Below, piece by piece: positions 19,191-29,657 of a DNA stretch of 64,000 nucleotides. The notes under the pieces were generated by a model, which saw nothing but the letters and a program-made list of their open reading frames with translations, searched no databases and had not been told where the DNA came from. The number at the start of each line of letters is the position of its first letter. The stretch's first letter is position 1. A program made the translations under genes and the position numbers. The stretch lies in IMG/VR virus record IMGVR_UViG_3300002835_000007, positions 124,001 to 188,000 of that record; one strand, given 5' to 3'.

Positions 19191-19517
19191 TTAGTAAATA
19201 CCTTTACAAAATATATTTTGTATTTGGTGCCAATATGTGTCAGCTTCATCTGGAATTGAATCACCAGACATACCTTTTTCTTTAACTTCATTAGCTATTA
19301 AATCTTGCTCATGTTTTAAATTATGTAAAGGTGTATAAATTTTTCGCATAATCTTATACCTAGTTATTCTATCAACGTTTTTTAAGGCTTCTTCAACATT
19401 ATTAAAGGCTTCTTCAAAAGAATTAATAGTCATTTTTTTACAAACATTAGAATAATTTAAATTTTTTTCATCTAAACTAATTTGTTCTCTAATTCTTTTT
19501 TTTATAAAACTTTTCAT
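19191..19517 (-). CDS. Hypothetical protein
   Basis: 108 aa ORF; N-term MKSFIKKRIRE. Confidence 0.65.
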   Translation of the reverse strand: MKSFIKKRIREQISLDEKNLNYSNVCKKMTINSFEEAFNNVEEALKNVDRITRYKIMRKIYTPLHNLKHEQDLIANEVKEKGMSGDSIPDEADTYWHQIQNIFCKGIY

Positions 19518-19518
19518 A

Positions 19519-20922
19519 TTATTGTCCTTTTCTTAAATCTGATTGATTAACTACGTCAAATTGAATTGCATTTTTAATAGTTGTAGTTTCTAGATTAGAT
19601 GTAACTAACACGTCTAAGTAATAAGTATTTGGAATTAAACTAGCAGTATCTAATAAGAAATAGTAATGATTATTTGTTTTTTCTATTGGTTGGAAATCAA
19701 TAACGGTTAATTCAGCAGCACCTTCAGAAACAAATATTCTATATTTAATATCGTCTATTTTTTGTGATTGTTCAACTGTATAAGGTATTCTAGCTGATAC
19801 TATAACCTTTCTAATGTCACCACGTTTGATTCTTTCTTTGTTTTGAATACCACTAACAGTAATAGCTGTCTTTTTAGGTAAAAAACTATTGTCGCCAATG
19901 TTATAATAATCCATTGAATCTTTTAATACAAAATCTAAAGAAATATTAGGTCTAGTAACGCCATTAATTGTTATACCAGTCCAAACATCATTAAACATAA
20001 CACAATCACCATAACTTGATGGTACAATTATATCAATTGAATAAACACCTTTGGTTACATGTTTAACTTTGTTTGATGTGTAAGCTGAAAATAATATATC
20101 ATTATCATTATAAACATTAACACTAGGTTTTGAATCTAAGTTAGTTGGGTTACCATTTACATTAACATATAAATATAATTTATTTGGTTTGTCAGTATAA
20201 AAATCTGTTCTATCATCATTTATATAATTAGTATAAACGGTTTCAATAAATGGTTCATAGAATGTTTGTGTGTTGTTTGTGAAAAAACCAACATATTGGT
20301 ATTGGCTAGTATTTAATAATTCAAATGGGTATGCAAATGCTATACCTAAACCATAGTTTGTGTTACCAGTTAAAACACCATTAACATAATCAGTAACATC
20401 CATTTCAATGTTTTCATTACCTTTATCAAAATGTTGGTAAGTGACAGTAATAGCACTTGGTGAACCAGAATAAACACCAGCACCACCAACCCAATCGTAA
20501 CCTATTTTTGGTCTTATCCAATTAGATGGATTTGTACTGTAACCGTAATCACCAGTAAGTAATATAGGTATTTCATAATCATAACCAACACCATTATCCC
20601 AATCTTGGTTGATTTTAAAAAGAATTAAATCAAAAGATGTAGTCCTATCTTTTGAGCCCATACCAGTATTTAATAAATCTTTATCAAACGAACCAGTATT
20701 GGTCATTCTTAATGTGTGTTTTAGATTTGATAATTCAGTAAAAGTACCACCAGTATAAAAATTTTTTAACCTTGCTTCATCAAAGTGAAATAAGAATCTA
20801 GTGTATTTTTGTTGAGTTAATGCCCCACCATAAAATAATTCAGTTACTGGGTTCAAACCAGTATTAACATTAGAGTTACTAATTATAGTATTGCTTTTGT
20901 CAAAATATGTGCGTATTACCAT
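19519..20922 (-). CDS. Putative virion structural protein (beta-rich)
   Basis: 467 aa, T/N/Y/G-rich, TATTTAT motif 20 nt upstream. Confidence 0.6.
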   Translation of the reverse strand: MVIRTYFDKSNTIISNSNVNTGLNPVTELFYGGALTQQKYTRFLFHFDEARLKNFYTGGTFTELSNLKHTLRMTNTGSFDKDLLNTGMGSKDRTTSFDLILFKINQDWDNGVGYDYEIPILLTGDYGYSTNPSNWIRPKIGYDWVGGAGVYSGSPSAITVTYQHFDKGNENIEMDVTDYVNGVLTGNTNYGLGIAFAYPFELLNTSQYQYVGFFTNNTQTFYEPFIETVYTNYINDDRTDFYTDKPNKLYLYVNVNGNPTNLDSKPSVNVYNDNDILFSAYTSNKVKHVTKGVYSIDIIVPSSYGDCVMFNDVWTGITINGVTRPNISLDFVLKDSMDYYNIGDNSFLPKKTAITVSGIQNKERIKRGDIRKVIVSARIPYTVEQSQKIDDIKYRIFVSEGAAELTVIDFQPIEKTNNHYYFLLDTASLIPNTYYLDVLVTSNLETTTIKNAIQFDVVNQSDLRKGQ

Positions 20923-20952
20923 TTGTTTTTTATTAATAAATATCTTAAAATA

Positions 20953-21969
20953 TTAATTAATACGAATGTTTTTAGATAACAATATTTTTTCTAGTTTACC
21001 AAATTCTTGTTCAAATGTTTCCATAACACCTACTTGGTTACCTTCCGCTTGTATGTCTTCGGCTTTTTTACCATGAGTACTGTGTACGTGTGAAACAATA
21101 CCGCTTTTTAACAGTTTTAACATGTCTAATAAAATATCACCAAATGGTATTGGGTGTGCAGCTATATTACGGTCATCACTCATTAAATTATTTATTTGGT
21201 CTTTAGACAATAAATCATCTTGATTTAAAATGACATTTGGGCTGCCACCGTATGTTAATAAATTTATTTTATTTGACACAATATTAGTGACTGTACCTAA
21301 CGTGGTCATTTTTTTATCTTTTGAAAAATTAAAATTATTTTTTATTTGTATGAACCCTTGTGTTGCCAAATTAAATTTAAAATCATAAGGATTATTGTTT
21401 TCACCTTTTTTTGAACTCACAAATTTACCAGCTCTTATTAATATTTCGTTTTCTTTTTGTATGATATCTGTGTTGTATCTACCTTGAATAGTGACATCTT
21501 CTGGGTCAGCAAAAACACCTTTTAAACTTGGTATAATGTTATTGTTTGTTTTTATACTAGTAACTGGTGGGTCTATCTTACCCGTCCCATATGAAAACAT
21601 TCGTCTAGCAGATATGGACCCTTCATCTTTTCTTAATTTATCTAATGATGAAATTATTGGTCCTATATAATAAACATCTTGGGTCATTGCACCTTCAAAT
21701 GTGAAAACAAGCACTGCTTCATCTACTTTAGGAATAACTGATAAATGTTTTGGTAATAATGGAATAGCTGTTGTCCATATTCTGTTACCTTTAGCGTCTA
21801 GTTTAACTCCAGTACCACCAACAGATGGTGTTGCTGGTATATCTACTTGTATTCTCCCAAAACCATATTCATCATAAATTCCTTTAACGATAGCAATTTG
21901 AGCTATCTTAAAAATATTCTTTTGAAATATGTTTTTATCTGTGACATTAAATTTACCTATAAAATACAT
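20953..21969 (-). CDS. Baseplate hub/spike protein (gp5/gpV-like OB fold)
   Basis: V.GIYDE.G.GRIQV.I...IPLLPK.LSV.PKV.EAVLV; C-terminal SHVHST. Confidence 0.55.
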   Translation of the reverse strand: MYFIGKFNVTDKNIFQKNIFKIAQIAIVKGIYDEYGFGRIQVDIPATPSVGGTGVKLDAKGNRIWTTAIPLLPKHLSVIPKVDEAVLVFTFEGAMTQDVYYIGPIISSLDKLRKDEGSISARRMFSYGTGKIDPPVTSIKTNNNIIPSLKGVFADPEDVTIQGRYNTDIIQKENEILIRAGKFVSSKKGENNNPYDFKFNLATQGFIQIKNNFNFSKDKKMTTLGTVTNIVSNKINLLTYGGSPNVILNQDDLLSKDQINNLMSDDRNIAAHPIPFGDILLDMLKLLKSGIVSHVHSTHGKKAEDIQAEGNQVGVMETFEQEFGKLEKILLSKNIRIN

Positions 21970-21970
21970 T

Positions 21971-22165
21971 CTAATCTTTTTTTAATCTTTTTAATAATAA
22001 AACATTTGCATAATTAAAACGATTTTCAATCTCAACTAATTCATCAAAATCTTTTAACATCTTTAATTTCAAAGACTCGTAATCAGCTTCCATTTGTTTA
22101 ACTTCAAACAAAATTTCATTGTTTGTTTTATCATCTAAATCTTTATTTTTATTTTCTTCACTCAT
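21971..22165 (-). CDS. Small coiled-coil protein
   Basis: 64 aa ORF in operon. Confidence 0.6.
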   Translation of the reverse strand: MSEENKNKDLDDKTNNEILFEVKQMEADYESLKLKMLKDFDELVEIENRFNYANVLLLKRLKKD

Positions 22166-22177
22166 ATTAAAACTTTT

Positions 22178-22636
22178 TTAAGTCATTATACCATTACCCA
22201 TGGCCATACCAGTAGTAGCACCTTGTCCAACAGTTGGAATACCTAGGTTACCAATAGCAACAGTAGTTACTGGAATACCAGGCGGCAAAGCAACTTGAAC
22301 TACAGCTTCTGTTTGTAAGGCGTTTACCATTTCTTCTGCTCTTATTAATTCCATTATTTCTTCAGTGTTTGGACTGTTACTAAAAACATCACCAGTTACT
22401 CTACCAGCTTCTGATTGTCTTGCTATAATTCTAGAAGCAATTGATTTTGCTGACAAACCTGGTCGTAATGAAGCACCTAACATTATCAATGGTGGTGGTA
22501 ATGGTATTGCTGGTTTTTCTGGTATTTTAAAAACACTTAGAAGAAGATTTATAATCCCACTTAAATTTCGTAATGAAAAATTAGTACTTGCGTTAGGGGC
22601 ATTTGGTGTATTTGGTTTACAAGATGTTTTTGCCAT
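22178..22636 (-). CDS. Hypothetical protein, possibly baseplate-associated
   Basis: 152 aa, Pro/Gly-rich. Confidence 0.65.
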   Translation of the reverse strand: MAKTSCKPNTPNAPNASTNFSLRNLSGIINLLLSVFKIPEKPAIPLPPPLIMLGASLRPGLSAKSIASRIIARQSEAGRVTGDVFSNSPNTEEIMELIRAEEMVNALQTEAVVQVALPPGIPVTTVAIGNLGIPTVGQGATTGMAMGNGIMT

Positions 22637-24057
22637 TATGATAATCCTTTAATAATTCTGATAGCGTCTTGTGGAACTCCAGTTAAGCTCAACAACTGTG
22701 CTAACTTATTTTTACTTTTTTCAACAGCTTTTTTAGCAACAACACTATTTGCTAATTTTGTCATTTCTTTCATCCCTATTGCTAATAATTTTTCTACCAC
22801 AATATCTGAAACTGTTTTAATCATTTCTTTAATTAACCTTTTATTCTTTTTAATAAATTCAACTGGGTCTTTGTATTCACCACTTAAAGTATAAATTATT
22901 TTAAAGTTAATAAGAAATATCATTAGTATTTTAGGTGATAATATAACACTAACAATTGCTTTTGTCAAGCTACTAATTAATTTTTGTATGAAATCTAATT
23001 TAACAGAAATTTTATCACTTTGATTTGGTACGTTTTTAGCACTTTCATCACTCATTTTATCTATGTTAGCTGTTAATGTTTGTTTTTTATCAACAAACGA
23101 TGCAGCGTTGTTCATTTCCTCATTAAAAGTGATTAACGTATCTGAACCAACAGTGGAAATTGATTCTGTTGATGTTTTTACTTTAATCATACCACTTTGT
23201 CTTCTTGCTGAATCTCTTTCTATTGTCGCTATTTGTTGATTATCAAAAGTGAAATAACTATCATCTATTTCATCATCACAACCATCATCATTTATTAGTT
23301 TATCAACAATATTATTTATTTTACCTTCTTGGTCTAATTGTTTTTTTGTTTTTGAAATGGTTACAGATATTGAACCGAAAATAACATCCATAATGTTATT
23401 AACTACTTTTTGTGCATTGAATAATGTGAGTGAATCAATAAAATCATTATTTAAATCAGTTAATGTTTTATTGTCATAACTTTGGTTAACTCTAATAGTA
23501 AATGTATTATTTGGTCTATTAACGTTACCTAAAGAATTAAAAGTAATATCTAATATACCTTTCCATGATTGTGTTATACCATCATTTTGAGTAACACCAT
23601 ATAAAAAAGTGTTAAAATCTGAAGAATTTGTTAATGGTGATGTGATATCATCATATAATAAGATACCAACTTTTGAATTAGCATCTACTTTAAACATATC
23701 TAAGAAATCTGCTTTTTTAACTTCAATGTTAATACCAGCACCAGTTGATTTTAAAAAACTTGGAATGCTTGGATTAACACCACAACTAACTAGTGTTATT
23801 AATTCTCTTTTTAAAGCTGTTTTAACTTTAAGTTCTATCTCATCGAATGAGTAAGTTAGGATATCAACAACAGAGTCTCTTAACGCTTCGTAACCAATTA
23901 ATGATTTTATTAAATCGGTTAAAAAGACAATAGGGTCTTTACCATTGTTTAATGATGGTAAAGAGTTTATTAATTTCATAATTGGCATTTGCTCTGTTAA
24001 AACCCTAGCTGATGCAATATATCCGAAAACTTTCTTTTTTTGGTCAAGTAATGCCAT
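22636..24057 (-). CDS. Hypothetical protein
   Basis: 473 aa ORF, coupled to neighbours. Confidence 0.75.
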   Translation of the reverse strand: MALLDQKKKVFGYIASARVLTEQMPIMKLINSLPSLNNGKDPIVFLTDLIKSLIGYEALRDSVVDILTYSFDEIELKVKTALKRELITLVSCGVNPSIPSFLKSTGAGINIEVKKADFLDMFKVDANSKVGILLYDDITSPLTNSSDFNTFLYGVTQNDGITQSWKGILDITFNSLGNVNRPNNTFTIRVNQSYDNKTLTDLNNDFIDSLTLFNAQKVVNNIMDVIFGSISVTISKTKKQLDQEGKINNIVDKLINDDGCDDEIDDSYFTFDNQQIATIERDSARRQSGMIKVKTSTESISTVGSDTLITFNEEMNNAASFVDKKQTLTANIDKMSDESAKNVPNQSDKISVKLDFIQKLISSLTKAIVSVILSPKILMIFLINFKIIYTLSGEYKDPVEFIKKNKRLIKEMIKTVSDIVVEKLLAIGMKEMTKLANSVVAKKAVEKSKNKLAQLLSLTGVPQDAIRIIKGLS

Positions 24058-24060
24058 ACA

Positions 24061-24453
24061 TTAAAATAATTCATTGTCGTTATTTTCGTTCAACCCACCA
24101 TTTTTAATCATTTCTCTAATTGATTTATAATCATTTAATGATGCACTGCCTTGGCTTCGTTCATTAATAGTTGATTCAACGTCACCACGATTTTTAATTA
24201 TATCACTTTGTAATTTAGCGATTTCTAATTTAATTCTGATTGCTGAGTCTTTTACTTTTAGTAAACTACCTTTTTCTTTTGCTATTTTAGTTAAATCATC
24301 AACGTCTACTGGAGAAGCACTAGCTGCTAATTCATTGATAGTTTTTTGAGCGTCATTTATTTGTAAACATGCGTCATTATAAGTTTCTTGCATTAAACCT
24401 TCTAATGATTCTGTATCGTTAACTTTTACGTCTTGTTTCTTTTTTCTAGGCAT
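24061..24453 (-). CDS. Hypothetical coiled-coil protein
   Basis: 130 aa ORF; TATTTATA about 43 nt upstream. Confidence 0.7.
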   Translation of the reverse strand: MPRKKKQDVKVNDTESLEGLMQETYNDACLQINDAQKTINELAASASPVDVDDLTKIAKEKGSLLKVKDSAIRIKLEIAKLQSDIIKNRGDVESTINERSQGSASLNDYKSIREMIKNGGLNENNDNELF

Positions 24454-24527
24454 TTTATTTTAGTTTTAAAATGTTTGTTATCTATATATATAAATACCTA
24501 ATATATTAAAAAAAATAATGTAAACAT

Positions 24528-25253
24528 CTATAAACCATAGTTTTTTAAAACTTCATAAAGTAGTTTATAACGTTTCATTCCAATCCTAATATCTTTAGTT
24601 GATAAATTGGTGTAATTCCTCATAGTTTCTAAGAAAGAATTCTTATTATATTTAGACCCTCCTTCCATTGAAGAGAAGACTAATTCCCAATTTTCTAAAA
24701 TATCTATTAACGCATAACCAATTTTAATTTCATTTTCATTTAATTTTTTCTTATGGTTATTTTCGCTTTCTAATTCTGTTTTAATTTCACCGACTAATTT
24801 TTTAATGAAGTCACCCATTTCAACACTATCTCTATCGATAACGTATGTCAAATCTTCCCTTTCTTCGATGCTATCGTTTAATTCTTCGTAAGATGTTGTT
24901 TGTCTAATATATTTTTCATCTTTGATTAGTAACCCTAAAATATAGTGTTTACTAATTGTTCCAAAATATGAATAAGCTTTTTTGCCTCTACCACTTTCAA
25001 ATTTGTGTACTTTTGTCATTAGGAAAGATAAAGTGTCGCTATGCAACTCTTCAAATGTCTCACCCTTTCTATACAACTTGTACTTTCTAATTATCGACTC
25101 TATCATTTTATCGAGTGGCCCTTTAAGCCACTCGTTAAAAATTAGATTCCTTTCTGTTTCGTCTGTTGATTCTAAAAATTTGATTACTGCTTCTTCTTCT
25201 TCTGGACCAAAGTACATTTCGTTTGTTCTTTTTCGTCCTCGTTTTGTAACCAT
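24528..25253 (-). CDS. Putative RNA polymerase sigma factor (gp55/sigma70 region 2-like)
   Basis: EELHSDTLSFLMTKVHKFESGRGKKAYSYFGTISKHY resembles sigma region 2. Confidence 0.55.
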   Translation of the reverse strand: MVTKRGRKRTNEMYFGPEEEEAVIKFLESTDETERNLIFNEWLKGPLDKMIESIIRKYKLYRKGETFEELHSDTLSFLMTKVHKFESGRGKKAYSYFGTISKHYILGLLIKDEKYIRQTTSYEELNDSIEEREDLTYVIDRDSVEMGDFIKKLVGEIKTELESENNHKKKLNENEIKIGYALIDILENWELVFSSMEGGSKYNKNSFLETMRNYTNLSTKDIRIGMKRYKLLYEVLKNYGL

Positions 25254-25256
25254 TTT

Positions 25257-26051
25257 TTAATTTTGTGAATCATACGTTATATTTCTATCTTTAGCGAAAT
25301 AATATTCTTTTTTAGCAGTTGCTAACCACCATCTTGCCTCAACTGGGTCAATAGTTTCTCTGTAAGATGCAAATAATGAGTCTTTTCTTTGGTTAATATG
25401 TTTGTATCCAAATCTAGGGATAACCATAACTCTAGCGTCTTTAAATGTCATTCTTAATAAGAATTCAGTAATGAAGGTTAATTTAATACTTGGTTTAAAT
25501 CCTCCGAACTCATCATACATTGATTTTTTCATTACAAACCCATCAACATTAAAGTTTTGGTAAGCTAATAGAGCATTGTTATCTAGGATTCCTAATTCAT
25601 CAGAAAAACTTTGAGCCCATACTGCTTCGTTTGTAAAACCAATAAACTCATTATTTTCATTAACGTCAATAACGATAGGCATAAAGATATCTACGTTAGT
25701 ATGTGCTTTTTGATATTCAACAACATTTTTAAACCAAATATTAGAATATTCATCATCAAGTTCTAAGATTGAGAACCATTCTGTTTTACATACTGACACA
25801 CCATAATTTATTTGAGATGCGAAATCAGTTTGTCCATCATTTTCAGCAATAACAACAGAATTGCTATAATCACCAAAATCTAGAGTTTTAATATGTTTTA
25901 CTACATCACTATTTTTAGGTGCTACAATTATTAAAGTTTCTGGTCTAACATTTTGAGTTAAGACACTTTTAATTGCGTTATCTAATAAAGGTTTAGTCAC
26001 TTCATTTAAAGCGTGCACTGGTAAAATTACACTTATATTATTTTTTTCCAT
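25257..26051 (-). CDS. Glycosyltransferase family 2
   Basis: ISVILPVH, AIKSVLTQ, NYGVS..KTEWFSILELDD. Confidence 0.85.
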   Translation of the reverse strand: MEKNNISVILPVHALNEVTKPLLDNAIKSVLTQNVRPETLIIVAPKNSDVVKHIKTLDFGDYSNSVVIAENDGQTDFASQINYGVSVCKTEWFSILELDDEYSNIWFKNVVEYQKAHTNVDIFMPIVIDVNENNEFIGFTNEAVWAQSFSDELGILDNNALLAYQNFNVDGFVMKKSMYDEFGGFKPSIKLTFITEFLLRMTFKDARVMVIPRFGYKHINQRKDSLFASYRETIDPVEARWWLATAKKEYYFAKDRNITYDSQN

Positions 26052-26072
26052 ATTTTTTAATTTAATATTTTA

Positions 26073-27224
26073 TTATGCGTTAGTTGGTTCAACCTCGCTT
26101 AAAGATTCAGTTAATTTTTCTAAAACAATACCTAATTCTGCTTTTCTACTTTCAAAAAGTTTAGTATAAACTTCAGATGCAGCAGCGATTTGTTTTTCAC
26201 TAGTGTATTGACCTTTAGATTCAGCCATACCATTTAATAATTCTTGTGGTAATGAATCTTCAAACCAAACTTTTAAATAGTTAGCGATTAGTTCTGGAAT
26301 GTTTAAAGTTGTGTTAGTCCAAACACCATTATTTTTAATTACTTTAACACCACTCTCATTTGTTGTTTCCATCCATTCTGGAACCATGTTAGGTATTTTA
26401 CCAATTACTGGTGTGTTTGACTCAATTGCTTCCAATGGGAAAGTACCAAATCCAGATTGGTCATCAATCCAAACAGCTAAACAAGATTTAGATAATTCAG
26501 CAGCAAATTGTTTTTTAGGTAACCCTCTTAATTCTTTAAATGTAATCCATTTGTAAAGTGGGTATTGTAAGTAGAATGATTTAGCTATTTTAGCAGCTTC
26601 ACCATGGTTTCTAGTTAAAATAGAAACAACTGGGATTTTAGGTTTATCACTATCTGTAAAATAATCAGAAATAGATACTGGTACAACATGTGTTTGAATT
26701 GAAGGGAATAATGATTTAACATAATCCGCTTGTTTTTCAGATGTAGTAATTACATCGTTAAATCCGTAATCAACGTTCCATCTTTTACCAATTTGTAACA
26801 ATTCTAATAAATAATCATAACTTTGTGATATAACTATTTTTTTACATGGAAACCCTTTAAGTTGGTCCATAATGTTAGAAAAAATTTCTGGTATAACCAC
26901 AAAATCAGAAGGTGATATGTTTAACTCTTGCCCTTCAATTGAAGCGTGAGGTAAAGCAGCATATTCTTCACCTAACCAATCAGCGACACCATTACCTTCT
27001 TGGTCACCTCTTAATTTATAATCATTTTTTTCATGTAACACACATGCACTGTATCCTAAATCATTTAAAATTTTAACGTGTTCGTAAATGTTAGCGATAC
27101 CAGCGGTTGGGTTACCTTTTGTGTCTAGCACAAAGAAATAAACTCTAAAGTTTTTAGTTTCAAAGTTATTTAAAGCCAAAGCTATTTGGCTTATTTGTTC
27201 TTCAATTTGTTTTTTTTGTTCCAT
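26073..27224 (-). CDS. GT-B (GT4-like) glycosyltransferase
   Basis: GIANIYEH, SGFGTFPLEAIESNTPVI. Confidence 0.75.
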   Translation of the reverse strand: MEQKKQIEEQISQIALALNNFETKNFRVYFFVLDTKGNPTAGIANIYEHVKILNDLGYSACVLHEKNDYKLRGDQEGNGVADWLGEEYAALPHASIEGQELNISPSDFVVIPEIFSNIMDQLKGFPCKKIVISQSYDYLLELLQIGKRWNVDYGFNDVITTSEKQADYVKSLFPSIQTHVVPVSISDYFTDSDKPKIPVVSILTRNHGEAAKIAKSFYLQYPLYKWITFKELRGLPKKQFAAELSKSCLAVWIDDQSGFGTFPLEAIESNTPVIGKIPNMVPEWMETTNESGVKVIKNNGVWTNTTLNIPELIANYLKVWFEDSLPQELLNGMAESKGQYTSEKQIAAASEVYTKLFESRKAELGIVLEKLTESLSEVEPTNA

Positions 27225-27245
27225 ATTTTTAGTGTTATTATTTGG

Positions 27246-27614
27246 TTATTCTTTTTCTTTTAAAATACCGTAATTATATAATGTATTAAAAGCTATTTTA
27301 TATCCTAATGAAGTTTTATCTAGAGCTCTTTCAGCACCTAATGAATCATCGTCAGTATCTTCGGTTGCGTCCATTAATATTTCAATCATAACTCTTAAAA
27401 TATCGTATTTAGTTGCGTCAATTTCTCTTGGTCTTTCTCTTTCAACTTCTGTTATTTCAGAACTTAAAACTTTACCATTTTCATCAAGATAAGTTTTAGT
27501 TTCTTTTTCAATAATTTTTTTACCAGATTTAGTTCCGATAGATTTAATTGTGCTTTCTAAAGCATCAACATCGATGTAGTATATGTTACCGCCAAATTCA
27601 ATCATGTTAATCAA
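27246..27614 (-). CDS. Hypothetical protein
   Basis: 122 aa ORF. Confidence 0.7.
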   Translation of the reverse strand: MINMIEFGGNIYYIDVDALESTIKSIGTKSGKKIIEKETKTYLDENGKVLSSEITEVERERPREIDATKYDILRVMIEILMDATEDTDDDSLGAERALDKTSLGYKIAFNTLYNYGILKEKE

Positions 27615-28212
27615 TTTCTTCGTAATTTGTTATTTTAGTATTTAAGATTCTATTTCTTAATTCTTCATTATTAATAAAGTCCAATATTGAATCAATCTCA
27701 TAATCAGACACAACGTCTTTGTTATAAGAAGATTTAACTTTGATACTTATTTTACCGCTTGGTTTTAATTCTAATGTTTTAGGATTAGCTGTGATTAAAA
27801 CATCTACATCGTCCCATTTTTCATCGTAGTTTAGAACAAATTTTATGTTTTTAATTCGGCAGCCAGTTTTTGATAAAAAGAAGAAAGTTGAAGGAATGCT
27901 TTTTTCCACTTCTCTGCTTATTAAGATAATTTCATGTTCTCCTTCATCTTCAATATCTGTTAAGAAATTATTGAAATGATTCATTAAACCATCTGACATC
28001 TGGTCAGCATGACCAAAAATTTCTAGAGGTGCTTCTAAATATAGAAACCTATTAAGTTTATTGATGTCATCAAACTTAAAATGTTCAATTAAATTGAAAC
28101 TGGTAACATCATCATTTGTGATGTCAATTTCTTCAATATACTTATTATATGTATAAGCAAATTGACCGATAAAATCTCGCAATACCTCGTTTATAGTAAT
28201 ACCTATCTTCAT
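27607..28212 (-). CDS. 5'(3')-deoxyribonucleotidase-like HAD protein, degenerate DxD
   Basis: KIGITINEVLRDF, IILISRE, DVLITANP. Confidence 0.55.
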   Translation of the reverse strand: MKIGITINEVLRDFIGQFAYTYNKYIEEIDITNDDVTSFNLIEHFKFDDINKLNRFLYLEAPLEIFGHADQMSDGLMNHFNNFLTDIEDEGEHEIILISREVEKSIPSTFFFLSKTGCRIKNIKFVLNYDEKWDDVDVLITANPKTLELKPSGKISIKVKSSYNKDVVSDYEIDSILDFINNEELRNRILNTKITNYEEID

Positions 28213-28256
28213 GCTACCAATTTAATTGATAGGTGGTGATAAGTAAAGTTAAAAAT

Positions 28257-29150
28257 TTATTTTTTTGTAAAAAATGATAAAACTTTACCAAAAATACTTT
28301 TTTCTTTAATAATCTGAGATTTTGGTGACTCTGGTTTTACTATTTGTGTTTGTCTGGATTTTTCATCTAACAGTCTTTTTTTTCTATTGTCATATAACTT
28401 GATGAAATAAGAAGTCAACCTATGTCTAACAACTTCATCAGCATTAAATTCAACGACACCAACACCTTCTTCTGGATTGTTTTTAACGTCTTCAATTAAC
28501 GCTTCTAACGCACTATCGCTTTCATCTTTTAAATCTATTTGTCCAGTATCACCCAAAGCAACTACTTTAGTATTTTCAGAAAAACGTGTTAAGAATGTTT
28601 TAGAGTTTTTATGTCTAACGTTTTGGTATTCATCAATGATAATAATACAGTTAGAAAAAGACCTACCACGAATAGAACCAAACACTTCCATTTTGATGTA
28701 CCCAGCTTCCATTAATTTGTTAGTAAGTTCTTCACCAATCAATTTATAAAAAGCATCAAAGTAAGACATCATAATGAATTTAAGTTTGTCTTTTTCATCA
28801 CCAGGCAGCGTACCCAAATCTTCACCTTTTAATTGTTCAACAGACTTAACTAATTTAATTTCACGATAAATTTCTGGATTGTTTTTAAGTAACAATAATG
28901 CTTCGGCAACACTTAAAAGTGTTTTACCAGTGCCAGCTGGACCAGTACAAAAAGTCACGTCATTGGTCTTAATTGAATTGGTTAACTTCTTTTGCGTCTC
29001 ATTTTTGTGTTTTATATCAATTTTAATTTGAGATAATAAAACCGTTGGTCCTTTGGTAAAACTTTCGTCTTCTGTTGTAATTTTTTTAGCTCTAGTGCTA
29101 GTAGTTCTAGTAGTTCTAGTAGTTTTTGTTGCAATAGGTTTTTTGTTCAT
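28257..29150 (-). CDS. phoH: PhoH-like ATPase
   Basis: GPAGTGKT, LGTLPGD..DK, IRGRSF....IIIDEYQN, LTRF.EN.K.V.LGD..QID. Confidence 0.92.
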   Translation of the reverse strand: MNKKPIATKTTRTTRTTSTRAKKITTEDESFTKGPTVLLSQIKIDIKHKNETQKKLTNSIKTNDVTFCTGPAGTGKTLLSVAEALLLLKNNPEIYREIKLVKSVEQLKGEDLGTLPGDEKDKLKFIMMSYFDAFYKLIGEELTNKLMEAGYIKMEVFGSIRGRSFSNCIIIIDEYQNVRHKNSKTFLTRFSENTKVVALGDTGQIDLKDESDSALEALIEDVKNNPEEGVGVVEFNADEVVRHRLTSYFIKLYDNRKKRLLDEKSRQTQIVKPESPKSQIIKEKSIFGKVLSFFTKK

Positions 29151-29182
29151 ATATAACTTTATTATAAATATCTTCTAATTTA

Positions 29183-29211
29183 ATATTAGTTAAAAATTTT
29201 AACTTTGTCAA
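29183..29211 (-). promoter_or_regulatory. sigma70-type promoter upstream of phoH
   Basis: TTGACA-17 nt-TAATAT on the - strand; TATTTATA also at 29170-29163. Confidence 0.65.
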
Positions 29212-29213
29212 TC

Positions 29214-29657
29214 TTATTTATAATTTTCAACAACATCACTACAAACACCAATAGCTGAAGAAACATCTTCATTATGTAGCTCTGGCATAACAGCAATGCT
29301 ATTTCTTATTGGTTGTTTATTTGGAAAAGCCCATATGTAATTAAGGCTTGTTAATGTAACGGTATCATTTTCATGCCAAAAATAATTAAAAGGAAAGAAT
29401 TCAAAATTAGCATTGAAATAGGTCATCGCTTCTATGTTTTTACAGTGAATCCATAATTTTGAAATCCTATCTCGAAACCATCTAAAATCAACACCATATT
29501 GTGGTTCATCATGACCTAACCAGAAAATATTGTCTTTGTACCAAACATCAACTTCAACATCATAACCTTTGGATATTGCTAAGTCAATGTAAGTTGGTTC
29601 GTTCTCCCAACTCTCCATTTTTCCATTTATGTTACCTCTATGTGATATTAACTTCAT
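29214..29657 (-). CDS. GDPD/PLC-like phosphodiesterase fold protein
   Basis: MKLISHRGN, GYDVEVDVW, LGHD, WIHCKN; start at 29657 (ATGA overlap) rather than 29735. Confidence 0.7.
   Translation of the reverse strand: MKLISHRGNINGKMESWENEPTYIDLAISKGYDVEVDVWYKDNIFWLGHDEPQYGVDFRWFRDRISKLWIHCKNIEAMTYFNANFEFFPFNYFWHENDTVTLTSLNYIWAFPNKQPIRNSIAVMPELHNEDVSSAIGVCSDVVENYK

Noticed and set aside
24061-24453. Possible small terminase
   Set aside because: Only size and coiled-coil character support it; no recognisable motif.
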